This document shows, piece by piece, positions 14,742 to 20,902 of a stretch of DNA of 20,902 nt (positions within the stretch are counted from its first letter, which is position 1; the number at the start of each line of letters is the position of its first letter). The translations under genes were made by a program, and so were the position numbers. Under the pieces are notes generated by a model. That model was not told the origin of the DNA and did no database searches. It was given only the letters and a program-made list of their open reading frames with translations. Source of the DNA: Candidatus Fraserbacteria bacterium (GTDB lineage: Bacteria > Bipolaricaulota > Bipolaricaulia > RBG-16-55-9 > JANLFV01); NCBI GenBank assembly GCA_037446135.1, contig JBBIJD010000030.1, positions 1 to 20,902 on the forward strand. The letters run 5' to 3'.

Positions 14742-14841
14742 GCGCCGGAACTGCTGCACCGGATATACAGGTTCAGAGAGAGCAGGGTTTCACCCCCTTA
14801 TCCCAAACTTGCCCTGCTGACCCGGCCCACAGGCAGGGAAG

Positions 14842-14870
14842 TTGACAGCCCAAGCAGGCGATGATAAAAT
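14842..14870 (+). promoter_or_regulatory. sigma70-type promoter of rpsF-ssb-rpsR
   Basis: TTGACA (14842-14847)-17-TAAAAT (14865-14870) with an extended TG. Confidence 0.8.
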
Positions 14871-14889
14871 CCCCGCGAGGTGATAGAAG

Positions 14890-15222
14890 CTGGAGAAGGC
14901 AGATGGCAAGAGGGAGTATGAGGTAATGTATATCCTCCGGCCGGACATTGACGAGGAGCGCTATGCCCAGGAGGTGGGCCGCTTCGAGGAGCTGGTGCGG
15001 CAGGAGGGCGGTGAGGTCGGGGAGATCGAGGAGCGGGGGAAACGGCCCCTGGCCTACGAGATCGAGCACTACGATCAGGGCTATTATGTGCTGATGAACT
15101 TCACTCTAGAGCCGGACCGCCTCCCACGAGTTGATGAGCGGTTCAAGCTGAATGAAGCGGTCCTCCGCCACCAGATCGTCCGGCTCTCGGCGAGCCGCGC
15201 GGAGCGGAAGGAGCGGGCTTGA
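14890..15222 (+). CDS. rpsF: 30S ribosomal protein S6 (start uncertain: CTG 14890, or first in-frame ATG 14926)
   Basis: (KREYEV)MYILRPD...GKRPLAYEI...GYYVLMNF...VLRHQIVR. Canonical position upstream of ssb-rpsR. Confidence 0.93.
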   Translation: MEKADGKREYEVMYILRPDIDEERYAQEVGRFEELVRQEGGEVGEIEERGKRPLAYEIEHYDQGYYVLMNFTLEPDRLPRVDERFKLNEAVLRHQIVRLSASRAERKERA

Positions 15223-15611
15223 ACCGGGTGATCCTGACGGGGCGGCTGGCGACTGATCCGGAGCTCCGCTACACTCAGACGGGACGGGCGCGGACGAGGT
15301 TCAATATCGCGGTAAACCAGCAATACCGCGATCAGGAGGGGAACCTCCAGGAGACGACGACCTTCATCCCGATCGTTGTTTGGGGGGCTCAGGCCGAATC
15401 CTGCGCCAACTTCTTGAAGAAGGGGCGGTTGGTCGCGGTCGATGGACGCTTAAGGATCGACACCTTCGAGACCCAGGAAGGTGAGCGAAAGAAGGTCGTC
15501 GAGGTCATCGCCCAGCGGGTCGAGTTCCTCGGCGGGCGGGCCGAGGCTGAGGGGCCGGCGGAAGAGAAGCTCCCCGAGGAGCCGGAGATAGATGAGGAGG
15601 TCCCATTCTAG
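15219..15611 (+). CDS. ssb: Single-stranded DNA-binding protein
   Basis: MNRVILTGRLATDPELRYT...LKKGRLVAVDGRL with an acidic tip DEEVPF. TTG start overlaps the rpsF stop (TTGA). Confidence 0.96.
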   Translation: MNRVILTGRLATDPELRYTQTGRARTRFNIAVNQQYRDQEGNLQETTTFIPIVVWGAQAESCANFLKKGRLVAVDGRLRIDTFETQEGERKKVVEVIAQRVEFLGGRAEAEGPAEEKLPEEPEIDEEVPF

Positions 15612-15614
15612 GCT

Positions 15615-15842
15615 ATGGCCAAGAAGCGCGAGTATAAGATCAGAGTCCGCTGTAATATCTGTGAGCACGGTGTGGAGCTGGACTACAAGCGGCCGGAGGA
15701 GCTCAAGCGGTATATGAACCGGCTGGGGAAGATCCTCCCCCGCCGCGCCACCCACTTCTGCTCGAAGCATCAGCGGCAATTGGCTCGCGAGGTGAAGCGG
15801 GCGAGGAAGATGGCACTCCTCCCCTATGTAGGCGAGCGGTAG
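15615..15842 (+). CDS. rpsR: 30S ribosomal protein S18 (Zn-binding C+ form)
   Basis: CNIC...LDYK...GKILPRRATHFCSKHQRQLAREVKRARKMALLPY. Confidence 0.96.
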   Translation: MAKKREYKIRVRCNICEHGVELDYKRPEELKRYMNRLGKILPRRATHFCSKHQRQLAREVKRARKMALLPYVGER

Positions 15843-15853
15843 CTTACCCTCCG

Positions 15854-15877
15854 GGCAGGAGGTGTGCCTCCCCTGCC
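15854..15877 (+). terminator. Hairpin after rpsR
   Basis: GGCAGGAGG-tgtg-CCTCCCCTGCC is a bulged GC stem with no U tract. Confidence 0.35.
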
Positions 15878-15935
15878 ATAGAAGAGGCGTTCAGCTCGCT
15901 GCCTCCACCAGGCTAGGCCCCTGATCTTGATCAAG

Positions 15936-17009
15936 ATGAAGGAGGGAGGACTCGAGCGGATCGCCGAACAGCTTAGCCGCCAGGCTGCTCGGATAGGGGA
16001 GCAAGAGCGGCTCCAGGAGCGGGAGGTCGGCCTTTATCTCCCTTCTCACCTCTCACAAGAGCGGCTTTATGAAGCCGAGCGACTCAAGCGAGCCTTACTC
16101 GTCGAATTCGCCGGGGCGAGCCTCGAAGAGCTCTATAACTGCGCCGAGGTGGAGACTGAGTTCGGCCCGGCCCTCCGCCTGGAGGAGTTCGTCCCCCAAT
16201 CTGTAGCGCTCTTCGACCGTGAAGGCTCTTATCGGCTCCTCACCTCCCAGCTCCAGCTTCTCTACGGGATCGGCCCGGTTGTAGCACGGGCCTTGCGAGA
16301 GCGTGGCTATCGGACCCTTGAGGATTTGGTGGCTCATCCGCGGTTCGGGGTCGCGGCGACCCAGCTCCTCCAGGCCCTCCGCCGGAGAGATCTCGCCCGG
16401 CTCAAGGCCGAGGTCGAAAGATGGTTCTGTCCCTCGCATCCCTTGACCCTGGCCCTCACCGGGCTGGTCGAAGGCCGCTTGGCCTTCTTCGACTTAGAGA
16501 GCCTCGGGCTCTTCGGCCGGCCTTTGGTCTTGTTGGGCCTAGCCCAACCTGTGGACGGCGGCTTGGTGATCGAGCAGTATGTGATCCGCTCGATCGTCGA
16601 GGAGCGGGCGGCCCTGGCCGCGGCGAGCGAGGCCCTCACTCAAGCCGAGGCCATCGTGACCTACAACGGCCGGGCCTTCGATATCAACTACCTCGAGGAG
16701 CGGCTGAGCTATTATGGCCTCTACCGGCCGGTCGATCGGCCGAACTTCGACCTCCTCTATCATGCCCGGCGGTGCTTCAAGCACCTCCTCTCCGACTGCC
16801 GCCTGGAGACGGTCGAGCGGTATGTCCTCGGGGTCAAGCGGCCGTTCGACCTCCCGAGCGCCCTCGTCCCCGAGTTTTACATCACTTATCTTGAGGAGCG
16901 GAACATCGGCCCCCTGGTGGCGATCATCGAGCATAACAAGCAGGACCTGGTGAGCCTGGCCGCGCTCTTAAGCCGTCTTTGCTCCGAGTCCGAGCGCGAG
17001 CGATGGTGA
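15936..17009 (+). CDS. YprB/MrfB-like RNase H-like (DEDD) exonuclease
   Basis: FFDLESLGL, VTYNGRAFD, NFDLL, CRLETVERYVLG and HNKQDLVSL catalytic motifs, plus an HhH-like LLYGIGPVVARAL. Adjacent to a DUF1998 helicase. Start uncertain (TTG 15927 or ATG 15936). Confidence 0.88.
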   Translation: MKEGGLERIAEQLSRQAARIGEQERLQEREVGLYLPSHLSQERLYEAERLKRALLVEFAGASLEELYNCAEVETEFGPALRLEEFVPQSVALFDREGSYRLLTSQLQLLYGIGPVVARALRERGYRTLEDLVAHPRFGVAATQLLQALRRRDLARLKAEVERWFCPSHPLTLALTGLVEGRLAFFDLESLGLFGRPLVLLGLAQPVDGGLVIEQYVIRSIVEERAALAAASEALTQAEAIVTYNGRAFDINYLEERLSYYGLYRPVDRPNFDLLYHARRCFKHLLSDCRLETVERYVLGVKRPFDLPSALVPEFYITYLEERNIGPLVAIIEHNKQDLVSLAALLSRLCSESERERW

Positions 17010-19267
17010 TGGTAGATCCCCGCTCATTCATCAGCCTGCTTGAGGGCCAGGACTGGTATTCCGGCCAGATCGTGGCTGTAAGAGAGCTCCCGGCCAAGGA
17101 GGCCGAGTATGCCGCGGAGGCGCGCCTCCTGGAGGCTCCCCTCCCGGAGCCGCTGGAGCGGTATCTTGCGGCCAGGGGGGTCAGGCTCTACTCCCATCAG
17201 GTCGAGGCGCTCGAGCGGATCCGCTCGGGCGAGAATGTGGTGATCACCACCCCGACAGCCTCGGGGAAGACTTTAGCATTTAACCTCCCGATCTTCGAGC
17301 GGCTTTATAAGGATAAGAAGGCCACGGCCCTCTATCTCTACCCGCTCAAGGCCCTCACCAACGACCAACTCCGAGCGATCCGCGAGCTGGAGGAGGAGAC
17401 AGGGCTCGACCTTGAGGCAGCGGTCTACGATGGGGATACGCCCCAGCACCTCCGGCCGAAGATCCGCGAGCGGTCGAGGATCGTGCTCACCAACCCTTAT
17501 GCCCTGCATGAATATCTCCCCTGGCACTACAAGTGGCAGAGGTTCTTCCAGAACTTGAGGTTCGTGGTGATCGACGAGGGCCACCGCTACCGCGGGGTCT
17601 TCGGCTCGAATGTGGCGATGCTGATCCGCCGGCTCAGGCGCATCCTGAACTATTATGGTTCCGACCCGCAGTTCATCCTCTCCTCGGCCACGATCGCCAA
17701 CCCCGAGGAGTTCGCCTTCAAGCTCACGGGGAAGCACTTTAAGGTCATCTCCAGGGACGGCTCAGCCCACGGGCCCAAGTATCTCATCTTCTGGAATCCA
17801 CTTAAGTATCCGGCCAGATCGGCCCATCGCCAGACGAGCGATCTCCTGGCCCTGCATGTGGAGAGCGGCCTCCAGACCCTCTGCTTCACCATCTCCCGGA
17901 GGCTGGCGGAATTGGTGGCCCGTTGGGCCAAGGAGGCCGCCCCTGAGAGGAAGCTCGCCTCCTATCGGGCCGGCTACCTCCCCGAAGAACGGAGGGAGAT
18001 CGAGCAGGGCTTGAAGGAGCGCGAGCTCGACGGCGTGGCCACGACGAACGCCCTCGAGCTGGGGGTGGACATCGGCCAGCTCGATGCTGTGATCATCTCG
18101 GGCTACCCCGGAACGGTGATCTCGACCTGGCAGCAGGCCGGGCGGGCCGGGCGGGGCCACGAGCCGGCCTTAGTGACCCTCGTCGGGTTTGAGAACCCCC
18201 TTGATCAGTATTTCATGAACCATCCCGAGGAGTTCTTCTCCCGGCCTCATGAGCACGCGATCATCGACCTGGAGAATGAGCATATCCTGATGGGCCACCT
18301 CCTCTGCGCCGCCGCGGAGCTCCCCCTCAGGCGGTCGGAGCTCGACCTCTTCGGGGCGAAAGAGGAGGACCTCGAGCCTCTGGAACAAGAGTTCCTCCAG
18401 AAGACCTCACTCGGCTGGATCTACCGCGGGACGGTCCGGCCTGTGGACCTGGTGAACCTCGACAGCATCTCCGAGCGGACGGTCCGAGTCATCTGCGACG
18501 GCGAGCTCCTGGAGACGATGGACTACAACCGCGCTCTGGAGGAGGCCCACCCCGGAGCGGTCCTCCTCCACCAGGGTGAGACCTACCTGGTCAAGGAGCT
18601 GGACCTAGAGAGAGATGAGGCCCTGGCCGTCAAGGAGGAGCTGGACTACTACACCGATGCCCTCAAGGTCTCCAAAGTCGGCCTCCTCACTGAGCGGGAG
18701 AGCCGAGAGGTCGGAGGATTCGAGCTCGGGCTGGGGGAGATGCGGGTCACGGAAAGAGTTATCGGCTATCGGATCAGGCGCTATGAACGGACCCTGGGCT
18801 TGAAGGAGCTCCAGCTCCCGGAGGTGGAGTTCGAGACCACCGGGCTCTGGCTCGCCCTCCCTTCCTCCCTGAGGGAGGAGGTCGAACGGGCCGGGCGGGG
18901 CTGGCCCGGCGGGCTCCACGGGGCAGAGCATGCCCTGATCGCCATGGCCCCGTTCTACGCGCTGTGCGATCGCTGGGACATCGGCGGGGTCTCGACCCCC
19001 TTCGATCCGGACCTTGAAGGGCCGGGGATCTTCATTTACGATGGCTTCCCTGGAGGGATCGGGATCACGGAGAAGCTCTATGAACTCCTCCCGGAGTGGG
19101 TCGAGGCGACCTACAGGCTCGTCCGGGACTGCTCCTGCGAAGAGGGCTGCCCCTCATGCATCTACTCCCCCAAGTGCGGGAACCAGAACCAGCCGCTGGA
19201 CAAGGAGGCCGCAGTCATGATCCTCGAAGCGATCAGGGAGGCCCTCACGGTCAAAGCCGGCGCCTGA
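17003..19267 (+). CDS. YprA/MrfA/SftH-family DEAD/DEAH-box helicase with C-terminal DUF1998
   Basis: LYSHQ, TPTASGKT, YPLKALTNDQ, DEGHRYRGVFGS, SAT, TNALELGVDIG, QQAGRAGR and C-terminal CDRWD...CSCEEGCPSC. Start likely 17003-17009, overlapping the upstream TGA. Confidence 0.93.
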   Translation: MVMVDPRSFISLLEGQDWYSGQIVAVRELPAKEAEYAAEARLLEAPLPEPLERYLAARGVRLYSHQVEALERIRSGENVVITTPTASGKTLAFNLPIFERLYKDKKATALYLYPLKALTNDQLRAIRELEEETGLDLEAAVYDGDTPQHLRPKIRERSRIVLTNPYALHEYLPWHYKWQRFFQNLRFVVIDEGHRYRGVFGSNVAMLIRRLRRILNYYGSDPQFILSSATIANPEEFAFKLTGKHFKVISRDGSAHGPKYLIFWNPLKYPARSAHRQTSDLLALHVESGLQTLCFTISRRLAELVARWAKEAAPERKLASYRAGYLPEERREIEQGLKERELDGVATTNALELGVDIGQLDAVIISGYPGTVISTWQQAGRAGRGHEPALVTLVGFENPLDQYFMNHPEEFFSRPHEHAIIDLENEHILMGHLLCAAAELPLRRSELDLFGAKEEDLEPLEQEFLQKTSLGWIYRGTVRPVDLVNLDSISERTVRVICDGELLETMDYNRALEEAHPGAVLLHQGETYLVKELDLERDEALAVKEELDYYTDALKVSKVGLLTERESREVGGFELGLGEMRVTERVIGYRIRRYERTLGLKELQLPEVEFETTGLWLALPSSLREEVERAGRGWPGGLHGAEHALIAMAPFYALCDRWDIGGVSTPFDPDLEGPGIFIYDGFPGGIGITEKLYELLPEWVEATYRLVRDCSCEEGCPSCIYSPKCGNQNQPLDKEAAVMILEAIREALTVKAGA

Positions 19268-19541
19268 TCTCCTCTTCATATTCGGGGAAGTAGCGCGAGA
19301 TCACTGTGAGGTCGAACCGGCTCAGGATCGCCTCCTTCGGCTCATGCTCCAACAAGAACCGGAAAGATTCCTCGACTAGCCGCTCCGGATCGACCCTCCC
19401 GGCCGTGAGCCTCCGGTAGTCGCTCTCCTTGAGGGTGACCTGATGCTCCGAGGCCGAGCCGTCGGCCTCGACGACGGTGACCCGGAAGAGCCAACCATCC
19501 TTAGCCGTGGTCTTGAGGATGGATATCTTGTCTGCGCTCAT
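19251..19541 (-). CDS. Conserved hypothetical protein
   Basis: 96 aa. ERLVEESFRFLLEHEPKEAILSRFDLTVISRYFPEYEEEI resembles a widespread uncharacterised family (from memory). Overlaps the helicase 3' end convergently by 17 nt. Confidence 0.75.
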   Translation of the reverse strand: MSADKISILKTTAKDGWLFRVTVVEADGSASEHQVTLKESDYRRLTAGRVDPERLVEESFRFLLEHEPKEAILSRFDLTVISRYFPEYEEEIRRRL

Positions 19542-19652
19542 GCCGCCCTAACAATAAGTCAAATGAGGGCCGCGCGGCAAGGCCACCTTGTCGGCCTTCT
19601 CGCCGCGGGATGTATAATAGCCCAACCTGACCAGTTGGGGGAGGGGAGGCCT

Positions 19653-19997
19653 ATGCCAACCATGATCGCCTACTGTGGGCTCGTCTGCACCGACTGCTCG
19701 GCCTATCTTGCCACTCAGAAGGACGACATCGAGGGGCTGAAGGAGATCGCCGCCAGGTGGAGCAAGGAGCTCAACCTGGCGCTCACCTGGGAGGATTGCC
19801 TCTGCGACGGCTGCTTGGCTACTACCGGACGGCAGATCGGCTACTGTCGGGAGTGTAAGGTCCGGGCCTGCGCGATCTCCAGAGGGCTGGAGAATTGTGG
19901 CTACTGTCCGGACTACGCTTGCGAGAAGCTGGAAGAGGTCTTCGGCTTCGCCCCGGAGGCATGGGCCAAACTGGAGGAGCTCCGCCGGGCACTGTGA
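19653..19997 (+). CDS. DUF3795 domain Cys-rich (putative metal-binding) protein
   Basis: IAYCGLVCTDCSAY...CDGC...CRECKVRACA...CGYCPDYACEKL. ATG 19653 after GGAGG. TATAAT at 19613-19618. Confidence 0.88.
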   Translation: MPTMIAYCGLVCTDCSAYLATQKDDIEGLKEIAARWSKELNLALTWEDCLCDGCLATTGRQIGYCRECKVRACAISRGLENCGYCPDYACEKLEEVFGFAPEAWAKLEELRRAL

Positions 19998-20057
19998 GAG
20001 AAAGACCTTGAGCGAATGAGAGAGCTCAAGTTTCACACGCCCTGAGATAGACAAGGC

Positions 20058-20615
20058 ATGTCCCTAAAGTTGCTCATTGTGCGCGCTCTCTACTGGCTGA
20101 GATCGTTACATGAAGACCCTATGGACTTGTTCACGGAGCTGGGGGTCAAGAGCGATGACCGGCTCCTGGAGATAGGTTGTGCCATCGGCTATCACACCCT
20201 GGCCCTTGCCGAGCTCGCCCAAGAGGGAATGGTTTACGCCGTGGACATCTGGGAGGAGGGGCTGCGGTTCTTGCGGAGTCGAACTAAGTCTAGGCGGAAT
20301 ATCGCGCTCATCTGCTGTAGTGCCGAGGATGTCAAAATTCCCTTGGGATCACTAGACAAGGTGTTCTGCTTCGATACACTGCACGAATTGGCGGACCCCC
20401 AAGGGGCACTGCGAAGATGGGCCGGCTTCCTGAAAGAAGGCGGAAGGCTTTATTTCAAAGATCCTGAGATACCTCCTGAACAGGTCGAGAGATGGTCCGA
20501 GGGCGAGCTAGAAGAAGTGGAGAGGGTTCTAGGAATCCCCGTCTTCGCCCCTTGGAAGGCGCGGCGCAGGGCTATAGAGATACCTTACAAAAGGCGTAGG
20601 GAGGTGAACCAATGA
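20058..20615 (+). CDS. Class I SAM-dependent methyltransferase
   Basis: LLEIGCAIG motif I, VYAVDI, SLDKVFCFDTLHE and LKEGGRLYF. Confidence 0.85.
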   Translation: MSLKLLIVRALYWLRSLHEDPMDLFTELGVKSDDRLLEIGCAIGYHTLALAELAQEGMVYAVDIWEEGLRFLRSRTKSRRNIALICCSAEDVKIPLGSLDKVFCFDTLHELADPQGALRRWAGFLKEGGRLYFKDPEIPPEQVERWSEGELEEVERVLGIPVFAPWKARRRAIEIPYKRRREVNQ

Positions 20616-20698
20616 CTAGAACAGCTGTGTGTTACTTTGATGAGTGCGGTCCTAAGAATACGAATGCCGCCATCGCAGCCGTGGTAGAGAGGGCATAG
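20612..20698 (+). pseudogene. Truncated remnant of a COG1751/MTH1675-like (pyruvate kinase C-terminal-like) protein
   Basis: GGAGGTGA SD and ATGA overlap. MTRTAVCYFDECGPKNTNAAIAAVVERA* resembles the family N-terminus (YFxxxGxxNTxxxxxxxxERA) and stops after 28 aa. Confidence 0.5.
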
Positions 20699-20806
20699 CT
20701 TCGAGATCAACCGGGCAGAGGGAATAGTGGGACAAGAGTCGGGGATGGTCTCCGCTTTCGCTTGGGCAAGGGGCAGAGCGCTACCATAGACTTGGAGGTG
20801 AGGACG

Positions 20807-20902
20807 ATGAGAATCTTCCGGATGACCAGTCCCGAGGAGGCGGCGAGAGCCTATCCTTGTGCCACCGAGACTCCCCGGCCCTTCTGGGCCGATGGCCTTG
20901 AA
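20807..20902 (+). CDS. Hypothetical protein, 5' end only
   Basis: GGAGGTGA SD, then MRIFRMTSPEEAARAYPCATETPRPFWADGLE, open to the window end. Confidence 0.6.
   Translation, partial: MRIFRMTSPEEAARAYPCATETPRPFWADGLE

Noticed and set aside
19443..19652. N-terminal extension of the DUF3795 ORF (similarly the extensions of rnhB to 1603 and ArsR to 3489)
   Set aside because: The extensions overlap neighbouring genes or promoters. The downstream ATGs have SDs or coupling and match where the families begin.
19..20054. Numerous overlapping or antisense ORFs in the track (e.g. 2631..3425, 4050..4595, 7746..8438, 10551..11129, 19548..20054)
   Set aside because: Shadow frames of well-supported genes in GC-rich DNA, with no family motifs.
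20612..20902. TAG read-through (pyrrolysine) fusing the 28-aa fragment to the in-frame ORF at 20807
   Set aside because: The sequence after TAG does not continue the family pattern, the downstream ATG has its own strong SD, and no pyl genes are in view.

Overview
GC-rich bacterial chromosomal window. The gene style tentatively suggests Candidatus Bipolaricaulota/Acetothermia; this is an impression, not a search result. From left to right: (1) a minus-strand operon tRNA-Leu(GAG)-plsX-acpP-DUF2905-rnhB(archaeal-type)-serS, with serS truncated by the window edge and absent from the ORF track; (2) a symmetric bidirectional sigma70 promoter driving an ArsR regulator rightwards and, leftwards, an unannotated stand-alone unit encoding a 17-aa Lys/Gly peptide whose ribosome-binding site can be sequestered by its own 3' UTR; (3) two exported hypothetical proteins with an unannotated 26-aa Trp-rich membrane microprotein between them; (4) a 9.3-kb minus-strand envelope operon: a small Tat-exported protein, a perfect 17-bp hairpin, then three large secreted non-enzymatic proteins with 17 CARDB/Ig-like repeats and two 8-bladed PQQ-like beta-propellers in total; (5) rpsF-ssb-rpsR, where rpsF lacks a canonical start upstream of its conserved N-terminal motif; (6) an MrfB/YprB-like nuclease plus an MrfA/YprA-like DUF1998 helicase; (7) small hypothetical, DUF3795 and SAM methyltransferase genes, a truncated COG1751-like remnant and a partial ORF. 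No CRISPR array or mobile element is evident. The best candidates for novel systems are the ArsR/bidirectional promoter/basic microprotein unit and the Tat + CARDB/propeller operon.
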